Source: Acidobacteriota bacterium (GTDB lineage: Bacteria > Acidobacteriota > UBA6911 > RPQK01 > JAJDTT01). From it: a stretch of 64,000 bases of DNA. The position numbers and the translations under genes were made by a program. The stretch is taken from assembly GCA_965263035.1 (NCBI GenBank), contig OZ253580.1:704001-768000 (forward strand). Reading direction: 5' to 3'. Shown here in pieces: positions 1-10,201 of this stretch. The notes beneath the pieces are model-generated. The model was not told the DNA's origin. It ran no database searches and was given only the letters and a program-made list of their open reading frames with translations. Position 1 is the first letter of the stretch. Each line of letters begins with the position of its first letter.

Positions 1-576
<576 letters not shown>

Positions 577-632
577 GCCCACCAAGCCGGCCCTTCCGGT
601 CAGGGCGCCGCCATCTCCAGGCTGGTCCGGCC

Positions 633-2282
633 GTGACCCGAGCCCGGACATCGAGGCTGGCGCTCCTGGCCGCCGGCTCACTCCTGGTCATTTCGCTCTG
701 CATCGCCGGTCTCACCGACGATCTCGGTGAGGGAGGCGTGTCCAGCATCAACGAATCCGATCTGAGATCGAGCGTCTCGTTCCTGGCTTCGGATGATCTC
801 CAGGGACGCGGCACCGGATCTCCGTTTGGCCGGATCACGTCGCGTTATCTCGCCCACCGATTCCAGCTGTTGGGTCTGGAACCCGCCGGAGACGGGGATT
901 CCTATTTCCAGCATTTCAGGCTGGTGCAGATGGAGCTGGGCCAACGAAACGCCCTCGAAATCCGATTTCCGGGTGGAGCTTCCCCCAGGAACCCCGAGTT
1001 GTTCGCCGAATTCTGTCCGGCGCCCCTCTCCGCCAAGGGATTCTCCCGGGGCCCAGTGGTCTTTGCCGGCTACGGAATCGTGGCTCCGGAGTTGGGGTAT
1101 GACGACTACGACGGCCTCGACGTCAAGGACAAGGTCGTCATGGTGGTGCGTCATGAGCCCGGAGAAAAGGATCCGGAGAGCCCCTTTCTGGGAGTCGTCG
1201 CTACCGAACATGGCCTGACCCGCCGCAAGATTCTCAAGGCTCAGGAGCGAGGCGCCGCCGGCGTTCTCCTGGCGCCGCATGTGCTCGATCACACGGAACG
1301 GAGAAAGCTGACGCGATTGGCCCGATACTTCTGGCCCGAGCAGGGTCTCACCCGTCGGCGTTACCTGGAGATCTGGGCTGAAGCCGTAACGATTCCGGTT
1401 CATTACGTCTCCGCCGAGTTGGCCGATTCCATGTTGGAAACGCAGGGGACCAACCTGAAGGAACTCCAGCAGAAGATCGATCAGGACCATGGGCCTCAGA
1501 GTCTGATCCTGGAGGGTGTGGAAGCGCACCTGGAGTCGGACACGGTGCCGCATGCGACGGACGTTCGCAACGTCCTGGCCACTCTCCCCGGGGTTGATCC
1601 CCGGTTCAGCGGAGAGGTGGTGGTGGTGGGCGCCCATTTTGACCATCTCGGCGCCGACGACGCCGAGGTCTATTACGGCGCCGATGACAATGCCAGCGGC
1701 ACGGCGGGACTTCTGGAAGTGGCGGAAGCGTTCTCTCGAAACGCGCAGGGGGCCCGGCGCTCCGTCCTTTTCGCCGGCTGGGACGCCGAAGAATCAGGCT
1801 TGCTCGGCTCGTACTACTATGTGGCGCGATCCAGTTTTCCCCTGGAACGGACCGTCGCCATGCTCCAAATGGACATGATCGGCCGCGACGAGGAGGTTCC
1901 CGATTCCCAGGATCGACGATTTCGAGGCATGGAGAAGCAAAGCGCGCAACAGAACCGGAACTCGGTGAACGTCCTGGGTTACAGCCGAAGCAGCGATCTG
2001 CGGGAACGGGTCCGGGAAGCCAACCGCCGGGTCGGGCTGGAGTTGAGATTCCGCTACGACGACCACCCCATGAACCTGATTCGACGGAGCGATCACTGGC
2101 CCTTTCTGGCCCACGGGGTGCCGGTGGCCTTGTTTCACACCGGACTCCATCCGGACTACCACCGGACTTCGGACACGGTCGACAAACTCAATTTCGCCAA
2201 GATGGAGAAGGTGGCGCGACTCGTGTATCTCACTGCCTGGAGCACCGCCGACGAAATCACGAAACCTCGGTTGATCCCGTAG
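633..2282 (+). CDS. M28 family Zn aminopeptidase with PA domain, probably exported
   Basis: GAHFDHLG, GADDNASG, AEESGLLGS, RSDHWPF, HPDYH; VFAGYGI PA insert; hydrophobic N-terminus; GTG start at 633 chosen, the longer ORF runs through the repeat. Confidence 0.9.
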   Translation: MTRARTSRLALLAAGSLLVISLCIAGLTDDLGEGGVSSINESDLRSSVSFLASDDLQGRGTGSPFGRITSRYLAHRFQLLGLEPAGDGDSYFQHFRLVQMELGQRNALEIRFPGGASPRNPELFAEFCPAPLSAKGFSRGPVVFAGYGIVAPELGYDDYDGLDVKDKVVMVVRHEPGEKDPESPFLGVVATEHGLTRRKILKAQERGAAGVLLAPHVLDHTERRKLTRLARYFWPEQGLTRRRYLEIWAEAVTIPVHYVSAELADSMLETQGTNLKELQQKIDQDHGPQSLILEGVEAHLESDTVPHATDVRNVLATLPGVDPRFSGEVVVVGAHFDHLGADDAEVYYGADDNASGTAGLLEVAEAFSRNAQGARRSVLFAGWDAEESGLLGSYYYVARSSFPLERTVAMLQMDMIGRDEEVPDSQDRRFRGMEKQSAQQNRNSVNVLGYSRSSDLRERVREANRRVGLELRFRYDDHPMNLIRRSDHWPFLAHGVPVALFHTGLHPDYHRTSDTVDKLNFAKMEKVARLVYLTAWSTADEITKPRLIP

Positions 2283-2352
2283 CGGCGCCTCGGTCAGCGC
2301 CGTTCCAGAGTTCCGGAAACCCAGTTGCAGTTCCGCCCGCCGTGCCGTTCGA

Positions 2353-2868
2353 CTAGCCGGCGCGCGCGATGGCGTCCAGCGCAGCGTCGTAATCCGGCTG
2401 CTCGGTCACCTCACCCACATACTCGACGTGCCGGACCACCCCTTCGGCGTCAACGACGAACAGGGCGCGACTGGCCAAGCGCAACTCCTTGATCAAGGTC
2501 CCGTAGTTCTGTGTGAACGAAGCCTCGCGATGATCGGAGAGCATGGAGAGATTTTTGACGCCGGCGGCGGAACACCAGCGGCTCTGGGCAAAGGGAAGAT
2601 CCATGCTGACCGTGTAGATCTTCACGCCCGGCAGTTTCGCGGCTTCCTCGTTGAAGCGCCTGGTTTGCATGTCACAGACGGGAGTATCCAGCGAGGGGAC
2701 TACGCTGAACACGCGGATGGAATCCCCGGTGTCGGCCAGCGTTACCGGGGTCAGGTCGGTAGAGAGGGCCTGGAAATCGGGAGCCGGGCTTCCCGCTTCG
2801 AGCTCAGGTCCCACCAGGGTGAAGGGATCGCCTTTGAGCGTTACTGCATTCGATCTTTCAACCGTCAT
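2353..2868 (-). CDS. tpx: Thiol peroxidase (atypical 2-Cys peroxiredoxin)
   Basis: VPSLDTPVCDMQTRRFN and SMDLPFAQSRWC; AAGGAGG before ATG at 2868. Confidence 0.95.
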   Translation of the reverse strand: MTVERSNAVTLKGDPFTLVGPELEAGSPAPDFQALSTDLTPVTLADTGDSIRVFSVVPSLDTPVCDMQTRRFNEEAAKLPGVKIYTVSMDLPFAQSRWCSAAGVKNLSMLSDHREASFTQNYGTLIKELRLASRALFVVDAEGVVRHVEYVGEVTEQPDYDAALDAIARAG

Positions 2869-3128
2869 ATTCGCCTCCTTGGTGGAGGGGTATTTTAGCA
2901 CGCCGGTGGGAACCAAGACGAGAAGTGAGGGGAAGGGAGGAAGCCAACCGGAAAATGTTCCCCTTCCGCCCCCCCCCCGTTCTGTTCCTTCGTTGTCCCT
3001 CCAGCCCGTCAGCCCTGATCGGTACAATTCAGGAGTAAGCACCGGTCGCGGGGGTTGAATTCAGGCTTGACTTGCACGACGGATTGAGGGGAAGCCACCG
3101 AGATGCATATCTCCCGTCCGACCCAAGA

Positions 3129-3144
3129 TTTCGTTTTAACGAAA
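3129..3144. promoter_or_regulatory. Operator-like inverted repeat TTTCGTT-tt-AACGAAA
   Basis: 7-bp perfect inverted repeat in the AT-rich divergent intergenic region between tpx and the 3213 ORF. Confidence 0.35.
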
Positions 3145-3212
3145 CTTTTTTACTCGGAATTGCATCAAGTAAGATATTAGAAGAAGTGTAGCCCGGGCGA
3201 GTTGGATAGGAA

Positions 3213-3563
3213 GTGGCGTTAGAAATGAAGACTTCGGTAATCGAAAGCGAGGGCCTTTACCCTAAAACCCGAAAGCCGGATCCCTCCCTGAGGAATCTCG
3301 CCCTGGGAATTCTGCTGCAGGCATTTCGAGATATCGTAGCTCCCAAGAAGTCTGCCAGCAGGGAATGGGAACTCTGGCGCCAAGATGCCCTGGATTGGTT
3401 CTTCTCGAAAGAGAAAGATCCGGGAAGCTTCTGCTGGGTCTGCGACGTTCTGGCCCTGAGCACCAAGGAACTGCGGGAGTGGCTGGACCTGTACAACAGC
3501 AGCGACCTGGAGCAGAAGCGGGAAATGGCGCGAAAACTGACCCGCTTTCAGATCCGCCACTAA
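3213..3563 (+). CDS. Small helical hypothetical protein
   Basis: Fills the gap with normal codon usage; pattern LxxILLQAFRD...DALDWFFS...SFCWVCDVL. Confidence 0.75.
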   Translation: MALEMKTSVIESEGLYPKTRKPDPSLRNLALGILLQAFRDIVAPKKSASREWELWRQDALDWFFSKEKDPGSFCWVCDVLALSTKELREWLDLYNSSDLEQKREMARKLTRFQIRH

Positions 3564-3658
3564 TCTGCGCCGAGCACTGAATCGGAGCATACCGGAAGCG
3601 AAGAATCCGGAGGTCGCCCTCCGCGAGACATTCCGGTCGGGTCGCGGCTGCGGAGCAT

Positions 3659-4564
3659 ATGTTCAACAGCCCTCTTCTTGTTCTGCTCTGCATCATTCTG
3701 CCGCTGGCTCTTGCCATTCTGGTTGTGGGGATCCAGAGGCGCCGGTCGGCCCAGCCTGATCCCACCGGCACCACCTCGAATCAGTCGCTGCCGCCGCGGC
3801 AGGACTCATCCCTTCCCCTCATCGAGTTGACCGAGGTCTACAAGTCTTTCGGCCTCCAGATCGTCCTGAGGCAGTTGAGCCTGAAGATCAACCGTGCCGA
3901 AACCCTGGGGATCCTGGGAATGAGCGGAGGCGGCAAGAGTGTCCTGCTCCAGCTCATCGTCGGGTTGCTCTGGCCGGACAAAGGCGAGATTCGTTTCAAG
4001 GGTCGGAGTCTGGAGGAGATGAGCGAGAGTGACCTGCTGGACGTTCGCAAACGGGTCTCCTACGTCTTCCAGAGTGGCGCCGTCTTCGATTTCCTCAGTG
4101 TGGGCGAGAACATCGCCTATCCCCTGCGGGAACAGGGCATGGCCAACGAGGATCAGATCAATAGGCGGGTCGAAGAGCTGCTTGATGCCGTGGAACTGGA
4201 AGGGATGGGAGACCACGAGTACGACGAATTGAGCCTGGGCTCCAAGAAGCAGGTGGCCATCGCTCGCGCCATCGCCACCAATCCGGAAGCGATCCTTTAC
4301 GATGAGCCCACCTCGGGGGTGGATCCCATGATCGGCAAGTCGCTGTCGCGCCTGATCCGCAAGCTGAACCGCCAGAACAACCTCACCTCGGTGGTGGTCA
4401 CCCACGACCTGCAGTGTCTGGCCACCGTGTCCGACCGGGTCATCCTGCTCAAAGGTGGCCGGATCCACTTCGAAGGCGATCTGGAGGCGCTTTACTCCTC
4501 ATCCGACCCCTTCGTCCAAGCCTTCATTACGGGTCGGCGCCTGGACGGGCGGAGTGCGCCGTAG
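3659..4564 (+). CDS. MlaF/Ttg2A-like ABC ATPase with N-terminal transmembrane segment
   Basis: Walker A GMSGGGKS, Q-loop FQSGAVFD, Walker B ILYDEPTSG, VTHD, C-terminal DPFVQAFITG. Confidence 0.85.
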   Translation: MFNSPLLVLLCIILPLALAILVVGIQRRRSAQPDPTGTTSNQSLPPRQDSSLPLIELTEVYKSFGLQIVLRQLSLKINRAETLGILGMSGGGKSVLLQLIVGLLWPDKGEIRFKGRSLEEMSESDLLDVRKRVSYVFQSGAVFDFLSVGENIAYPLREQGMANEDQINRRVEELLDAVELEGMGDHEYDELSLGSKKQVAIARAIATNPEAILYDEPTSGVDPMIGKSLSRLIRKLNRQNNLTSVVVTHDLQCLATVSDRVILLKGGRIHFEGDLEALYSSSDPFVQAFITGRRLDGRSAP

Positions 4565-4591
4565 ACCGCCCCGCATCGGGAAGGCGGGGCC

Positions 4592-5371
4592 TCACGACTC
4601 CCCGGTGTCCCGAGGAACCGGACGCACCGGGATTCCACGTTCCGCCAGAAACTCCTTCACGCCGGCGATGGAATACCGGTCGTAGTGGAAGATACTGGCC
4701 GCCAGTATGGCGTCGGCACGGCCGATCCGGACCCCCTCCAAGAGATGTTGCGGGGAACCGGCTCCGCCCGAGGCAATGACCGGAATCCGGACCAGCGAAT
4801 CGACCTTGTGCAACAACTCCAGGTCGTATCCGGATTGGGTCCCGTCCCGATCCATGGAGGTGAGAAGGATCTCTCCGGCTCCCAGCTCGGCACCCCGCTG
4901 GATCCACTCCAGGCCGTCCCAATCGGTCTCGTAGCGCCCACCCCCGATGTAGACCTTCCACGACTTTCCGTGCCGTTTCACGTCCACCGCCAGCACGATG
5001 CATTGGGCGCCAAAGGCCCGGGAGGATTCCCGGATCAGCTCCGGCCGCTTGACCGCGGCGCTGTTCATGGACACCTTGTCGGCTCCCGCTCGAAGCAACT
5101 CCCGGATGCGCGGCAGAGAGGTGATTCCTCCACCAACGGTGAAGGGAATGAAGATGGAGTCGGCGACTCTTCGGACCCAGTGCAGCGTCGTCTTACGCTC
5201 CTCGACGGTGGCGGTGATGTCCAGGAACACCAGTTCGTCCGCCCCTTCCCGGTAATATCGGCGACCCAACTCGACCGGGTCCCCGGCATCCCTCAGGTCC
5301 ACGAAATGGATCCCCTTGACCACCCGCCCGCCGGCAACGTCGAGGCAGGGAATGATGCGCTTAGCCAGCAC
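4592..5371 (-). CDS. hisF: Imidazole glycerol phosphate synthase cyclase subunit
   Basis: [34 protein letters not shown]; GTG start after GGAGG. Confidence 0.97.
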   Translation of the reverse strand: MLAKRIIPCLDVAGGRVVKGIHFVDLRDAGDPVELGRRYYREGADELVFLDITATVEERKTTLHWVRRVADSIFIPFTVGGGITSLPRIRELLRAGADKVSMNSAAVKRPELIRESSRAFGAQCIVLAVDVKRHGKSWKVYIGGGRYETDWDGLEWIQRGAELGAGEILLTSMDRDGTQSGYDLELLHKVDSLVRIPVIASGGAGSPQHLLEGVRIGRADAILAASIFHYDRYSIAGVKEFLAERGIPVRPVPRDTGES

Positions 5372-6080
5372 GAGCCATCTCCTCCAATGAGATTCTCCCC
5401 TCGTAGAACGCCCGGCCGATGATCGCTCCGCCCACACCCATTCCGTCGAGCCGGGAAAGATGTCCGGGTGTCGTGACACCGCCGGCCGCCACGAGCAGCA
5501 CGTGAGCGGGCAGCAATCCCAAGATTTTCCGGCAGGCTGCGTACCCGGGCCGTTTGAGCATTCCGTCCTGTTCCACGTCGGTACAGATGATCTGTTCGAT
5601 GCCCCAGTCCAGGATTCTCTTGAGCACGGCCTCCATGGTCAGTCTGCTTTCCCGCTCCCAACCCTGAGCCTGGAGGCGACCGCGGCGCAAATCGACGCTC
5701 ACGATGAAGGGAGAGGGTCCCCATTTGGAGATCCATCTCTCCACCTTTTCCGGGGTCTCCAGGACCGACGTGCCAAGGATCAGATGACCGGCGCCCCAGT
5801 CCAGGAGCTGGGAGACATCCGCTTCCTCACGAATGCCGCCGCCGATCTGGACGGTGACCCCCACGCGCGAGAGAATCCTGCGGATCGAATGCCGGTTGCG
5901 GCCTTCCCCAAAACGGGCGCCTTCCAGATCCACCACATGGATCCGGGGCAGACCCGCTTCCTGAAACTCCAAGGCCTGCTCCACCGGGTCCCCCGAGTAG
6001 ACCGTCTTGCGATGGAATTCGCCTCGAACCAGCCGCACGCATTTTCCATCCACCAGATCGATGGCCGGTATCACGAGCAT
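5361..6080 (-). CDS. hisA: ProFAR isomerase
   Basis: [30 protein letters not shown]; operon context. Confidence 0.96.
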   Translation of the reverse strand: MLVIPAIDLVDGKCVRLVRGEFHRKTVYSGDPVEQALEFQEAGLPRIHVVDLEGARFGEGRNRHSIRRILSRVGVTVQIGGGIREEADVSQLLDWGAGHLILGTSVLETPEKVERWISKWGPSPFIVSVDLRRGRLQAQGWERESRLTMEAVLKRILDWGIEQIICTDVEQDGMLKRPGYAACRKILGLLPAHVLLVAAGGVTTPGHLSRLDGMGVGGAIIGRAFYEGRISLEEMARAG

Positions 6081-6694
6081 GGTTCATCCACCCCGACGAA
6101 GTTCCTGAGCACACGGAGCCCCGGCTCGCCGGAACGCTCCGGATGAAACTGGACGCCCCAGAAATTCTTCCGGGACACCAGGGAGGCGAAGCAACTGGCA
6201 TAGTCGGTGACCGCCACCGTCTCGGCCGAGCCGGAAGGAGCGTAGTAGCTGTGCACGAAATAGAAGTAGGAACCGTCGGGGATACCGTCAAGCAACCTGT
6301 CTGCTCTCGCCTGTGCCGGCAATGAACGGCTGCGCCGGATCTGGTTCCATCCGATATGAGGCACCTTGACCCTGGAGTCGTCGAAGCTTCTGACTCGCCC
6401 GTCCATGATGCCCAGGCAGGGGGTGTCATCCTCGTCGGAACCGTCGAACAGAAGCTGCAGACCCAGGCAGATCCCCAGGAACGGAACCTGGAGTCCTTGA
6501 ATGACCGGGATCAGTCCCTGCTCCCGCAAGGAATCCATGGCGGCCCGCGCCGATCCCACTCCGGGAAGGATCACCTTGGAGGCCCTCCCGACCCGCTCGG
6601 GATCCCCGGAGAAGACGAAATCCACGCCCAGATAGGCCAAGGCGTTGCCCACGTTGTAGAGATTTCCCGCCTTGTAATCCACGACGACGATCAT
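6071..6694 (-). CDS. hisH: Imidazole glycerol phosphate synthase glutaminase subunit
   Basis: LPGVG, LGICLGLQLL, VPHIGWN, YFVHSY, GVQFHPE. Confidence 0.96.
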   Translation of the reverse strand: MIVVVDYKAGNLYNVGNALAYLGVDFVFSGDPERVGRASKVILPGVGSARAAMDSLREQGLIPVIQGLQVPFLGICLGLQLLFDGSDEDDTPCLGIMDGRVRSFDDSRVKVPHIGWNQIRRSRSLPAQARADRLLDGIPDGSYFYFVHSYYAPSGSAETVAVTDYASCFASLVSRKNFWGVQFHPERSGEPGLRVLRNFVGVDEPCS

Positions 6695-6701
6695 ACGACC
6701 C

Positions 6702-7295
6702 TCACAGGCTTCCCTTGGTGGAGGGAATCTTCCCCCCGGCACCGGGATCCAGGCTGACGGCAGTGCGTAGAGCGCGGCCGAAACCCTTGAACATGGCCTC
6801 GATTCGATGGTGCTCGTTCTCTCCCGGATTGAGGAACTGAAAGTGGAGATTGGCGCCCACTTCGACGGCGAGCGACCGGAAGAAATGCGGCGCCATTTCG
6901 GTGGCCAGATCCCCCACCTTCTCTCTTACGGGACGGTAGTCGGAACGGAAGGCGAACCGCCCTCCCAGATCCAGGGCCACCGCCACCAGGACCTCGTCCA
7001 TGGGCAGTAGCGTCCATCCATAGCGGCAGATCCCCCGCTTCTCCCCCAGGGCCTGCTTCAACGCCTGCCCCAGGACGATCCCCACGTCCTCGATCAGGTG
7101 ATGATCGTCGACCTGCAGGTCCCCGTCGCCCTGGACCCGGAGGTCTATGGAAGAGTGCAAGGCCAGCAGTTCCAGCATGTGGCTGAAGAAGCCGGTCTGC
7201 AACTGGGCCGAGTAGCGGCCCTGCCCGTCCAGATTCAGCTCGATCTGAACCTGGGTCTCTCTGGTCCTTCGATCCACCGATGCTGTTCTCTTCAC
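6702..7295 (-). CDS. hisB: Imidazoleglycerol-phosphate dehydratase (monofunctional)
   Basis: RRTRETQV, DDHHLIEDVGI, LPMDE, NEHHRIEAMFK, IPSTKG. Confidence 0.96.
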   Translation of the reverse strand: MKRTASVDRRTRETQVQIELNLDGQGRYSAQLQTGFFSHMLELLALHSSIDLRVQGDGDLQVDDHHLIEDVGIVLGQALKQALGEKRGICRYGWTLLPMDEVLVAVALDLGGRFAFRSDYRPVREKVGDLATEMAPHFFRSLAVEVGANLHFQFLNPGENEHHRIEAMFKGFGRALRTAVSLDPGAGGKIPSTKGSL

Positions 7296-7336
7296 CTCTA
7301 ATTCCCCGTAGTTGGTCCCCGAGAGCGGGTCGGCCC

Positions 7337-8380
7337 TCAGGAAAGAATTCGACGCAGCTCTCTCAGAAACAGATCGTTCTCCTCCGGAGTGCCGATGCTG
7401 ACCCGGATGCATTCGTCCAACCCAGGCAGATCGCTGCGGTCCCGGACCACGATACCCTGCTCCCGCAGTTTCCTGCAGACGGTGCCGGCATGGGGGCAGT
7501 CGAAGAGGAGAAAATTGCTCTGAGACGGGAAGATTCGTCCCAGGCTCGGCAACGAAGCGAGTTCTCGAGACAACCGCTCCCGCTCTCCTCGGATCCGGAG
7601 CCATTTTGGGCGGTGGCGTTCCCAACCCTCCAGGGCCTCCAGGCCCTTCTGCATCACCAGCGAGCTGAGATTGTAGGGCGCCTTCACCTTCAGGAAGAAA
7701 GACGTCACCAGAGGACTCGCCACTGCGTATCCCAGCCTCAGGCCCGCCCGGCCAAAAGCCTTCGACAGGGTTCTCATCACCACCAGGTTGGGAAACGCCT
7801 CCACCTGAGGGACCAGAGAGGGAGTCTCGGAAAACTCCACGTAGGCTTCGTCCAGCACTACGATGCCCCGCCATTCCCCGCACAGTTTCAAGATCTGCTC
7901 CGTTGCCAGCACATCACCCGTCGGATTGTTGGGAGAACAGAGAAACACGACCTTCGCCGAAGCGGGCACAGCCTTCAGGAAAGCGTCTGCATCGAGACGT
8001 TGGTCCCGGTCCAGGCGAGACTCGAAAAGGGTGACCCCGAAAGTCTGCGCCATGACCCGGTACATCCCGTAGGTGGGCTCGACGACGGCCACCTGATCCT
8101 GACCGGGTTGGCAGAAAATCTTGAAGATCCAGTCCAGCACCTCGTCTGATCCGTTACCTGCAACCACTTGCTCGGGCCGGCTGCCGACGTATGCCGCCAG
8201 CGCTTCCCTCAGCTTGGCCTGATTGGGATCCGGATAGCGGTTCAGCTGGATCCCGTGCCAGTCGACTGCGAAAGGACTCTCGTTGGCGTCCAGCAGAACA
8301 CCCTGCTGCACTTCGTCGCGGGCCGACCGGTAGGCCTTGAGCTCCAGGATGTTCCGTCTCACCAGTTCGCGAACCTGCAT
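7337..8380 (-). CDS. hisC: Histidinol-phosphate aminotransferase
   Basis: LDANESP, NRYPD, GNGSDE, SPNNPTG, DEAY, RTLSKAFGRAGLRLGY. Confidence 0.96.
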   Translation of the reverse strand: MQVRELVRRNILELKAYRSARDEVQQGVLLDANESPFAVDWHGIQLNRYPDPNQAKLREALAAYVGSRPEQVVAGNGSDEVLDWIFKIFCQPGQDQVAVVEPTYGMYRVMAQTFGVTLFESRLDRDQRLDADAFLKAVPASAKVVFLCSPNNPTGDVLATEQILKLCGEWRGIVVLDEAYVEFSETPSLVPQVEAFPNLVVMRTLSKAFGRAGLRLGYAVASPLVTSFFLKVKAPYNLSSLVMQKGLEALEGWERHRPKWLRIRGERERLSRELASLPSLGRIFPSQSNFLLFDCPHAGTVCRKLREQGIVVRDRSDLPGLDECIRVSIGTPEENDLFLRELRRILS

Positions 8381-8381
8381 A

Positions 8382-9695
8382 TCAGTCTCCCGCCGGAACC
8401 CGTCCGGCGTCCTCACAACGAATCCGTACTTCAACCGCTCGTCGATGCCCCTCCAATTGCTCCAACTCGGCCATCACCTCCAACGTGGGGGCCAGGGACC
8501 GAAGTCCTTCCCGGCTCAATTCCTGGAACGTGATCTTCTTGACGAAACTGTCCAGGGAAACTCCCGAAAAACTCCGGGCCAGACCCGAGGTGGGCAGCGT
8601 GTGGTTGGTCCCCGACGCATAGTCTCCCGCAACTTCAGGAGACCAGGGGCCCAGGAACACGGAACCGGCGGCCTGTACCCGGGCGGCCCATCGCTTCGGT
8701 TCCCGAAGCTGAAGGATCAGGTGCTCCGGCGCGTACCGATTGGTGAACTCCAACGCCTCCTCCAGGGACGAGGTCCGGAGAGAGAAACTGGATCTCAGAG
8801 CCTCCCCGGCCAAGTCCCGTCGTGGGAGGTCTTCGAGGCGGAGATCCAACTCCCGGTTGACTCGAGAGATCAGCTCTCGCGAAGTGGAAACCAGAATGGC
8901 GAGGCTGTCGGCGCCGTGCTCCGCCTGAGAGATGAGATCGGCAGCCACGAAGTCGGGTCGAGCCGTACGGTCCGCCACCACCAGGACTTCACTGGGACCG
9001 GCCACCATATCGATGGCCACTCCCCGCTGTTGGGCCAACAGCTTGGCCGTCTGAACGACGGCGCTGCCGGGTCCCAGAATCTTGTCTACCCGGGGAACCG
9101 AAGTGGTGCCGAAACAGAGGGCTGCGATGGCCTGGGCGCCCCCAATCCGGAACACCTCGTGGATCCCCGCGATGGACGCGGCCGCCAGAACCTCGGGAGT
9201 CACCGACCCGTCGCGGCGCGGAGGCGTGCAAAGGGCCACTCGCGGACAACCGGCCAACACCGCAGGGACTCCCAGCATCAGGACGGTGGAAGGGAGGACG
9301 GCCGTTCCGCCCGGCACATAGAGGCCCACCGATTCGATGGGCCGCTGTTCCCTCCAGCAGCCGATCCCGGGCTCCACTTCCAGAAATTCTTCCTTCAGAC
9401 CCTGGGCGGCGTGAAATTTCCGAATGTTGGACGCCGCCCGTTCCAGGGCCCCCAGTCGAGCCGGAGACACTTCCCCCAGGGCCGATTCGAACTCGATCCT
9501 CGCGACCCGGGCATCCCCGATCTCCGCTCCGTCGAACCGGCGGGTGTACTCCCGGACCGCCTCGTCGCCTTTTTTCTCGACAGCCGAGAAAATCCGGCTG
9601 CAGACCTTCCATAGGTCCGGGTCATCCACAGGGTTGCGGCGGCACAGATCCGAGACCTGGGTTTCGGACAGTCGTGAGTAGTCGTAAACCTTCAT
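8382..9695 (-). CDS. hisD: Histidinol dehydrogenase
   Basis: GLYVPGG, IDMVAGPSE, DLISQAEHG, YAPEHL, GDYASGTNHTLPT. Confidence 0.97.
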   Translation of the reverse strand: MKVYDYSRLSETQVSDLCRRNPVDDPDLWKVCSRIFSAVEKKGDEAVREYTRRFDGAEIGDARVARIEFESALGEVSPARLGALERAASNIRKFHAAQGLKEEFLEVEPGIGCWREQRPIESVGLYVPGGTAVLPSTVLMLGVPAVLAGCPRVALCTPPRRDGSVTPEVLAAASIAGIHEVFRIGGAQAIAALCFGTTSVPRVDKILGPGSAVVQTAKLLAQQRGVAIDMVAGPSEVLVVADRTARPDFVAADLISQAEHGADSLAILVSTSRELISRVNRELDLRLEDLPRRDLAGEALRSSFSLRTSSLEEALEFTNRYAPEHLILQLREPKRWAARVQAAGSVFLGPWSPEVAGDYASGTNHTLPTSGLARSFSGVSLDSFVKKITFQELSREGLRSLAPTLEVMAELEQLEGHRRAVEVRIRCEDAGRVPAGD

Positions 9696-9749
9696 CTCAG
9701 CCCACCTACGCTCAGCCCTCGTTTCACACTGCGCCAGGGCTCCGCGGCG

Positions 9750-10064
9750 TCAGGATGCCGTCGGCCGCGACTCGACGGCAGCCAACCGTCGGATCATGAG
9801 CCGATATCCGCCTTCGCCGTATCGAAGCCAGTGGGCGATCCGGGTGATGGTCGCCGTGCTGACTCCCGTGATCCGATGGATCTCTCGATAGGGGATCTCC
9901 CGCGCCACCAGCTGGGCCACCTGCCAGCGTTCGGCCATGGCCTTGAGCTCCCCCATGGTACAGAGATCTCGAAAGAATAAGGCGTACTCTTCCCTGCCCT
10001 GAAGCCGGGACATGGCATCGAAAAGCTCCCAGAGAGCCTCGTTCTCCTCCAATACACGCTCCAT
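9750..10064 (-). CDS. TrpR-like YerC/YecD family repressor (putative HisR)
   Basis: FFRDLCTMGELKAMAERWQVA...TGVSTATITRIAHWL; first gene of the his operon. Confidence 0.9.
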   Translation of the reverse strand: MERVLEENEALWELFDAMSRLQGREEYALFFRDLCTMGELKAMAERWQVAQLVAREIPYREIHRITGVSTATITRIAHWLRYGEGGYRLMIRRLAAVESRPTAS

Positions 10065-10090
10065 GTGATAACATGTTATCACAATATCAC
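10064..10090. promoter_or_regulatory. Perfect 20-bp palindrome TGTGATAACATGTTATCACA plus extra TATCAC half-site; candidate operator
   Basis: Exact palindrome at 10064-10083 touches the regulator's ATG and overlaps a TGn-TATTGT extended -10-like motif on the minus strand. Confidence 0.75.
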
Positions 10091-10170
10091 AAAGAAGACT
10101 ACCCCCAATTGAGGCTTGCTCTTGACCGGGTCCCATCGTTCCACACCGATATCTGGCGACTCCCTTTGGT

Positions 10171-10201
10171 TCCTCAACAGTTTTTCCACAGTTTTTCCAC
10201 A
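10171..10201 (+). promoter_or_regulatory. Tandem DnaA-box-like motifs
   Basis: TTTTCCACA at 10182-10190 and 10193-10201 fit TTWTNCACA; degenerate TCCTCAACA at 10171; 11-bp period. Confidence 0.5.

Noticed and set aside
2870-3120. 6S-like or other ncRNA upstream of tpx
   Set aside because: Some purine/pyrimidine complementarity but no identifiable family features
4568-4590. GC hairpin between the ABC ATPase and hisF as intrinsic terminator
   Set aside because: 7-bp stem without a U-tract on either strand
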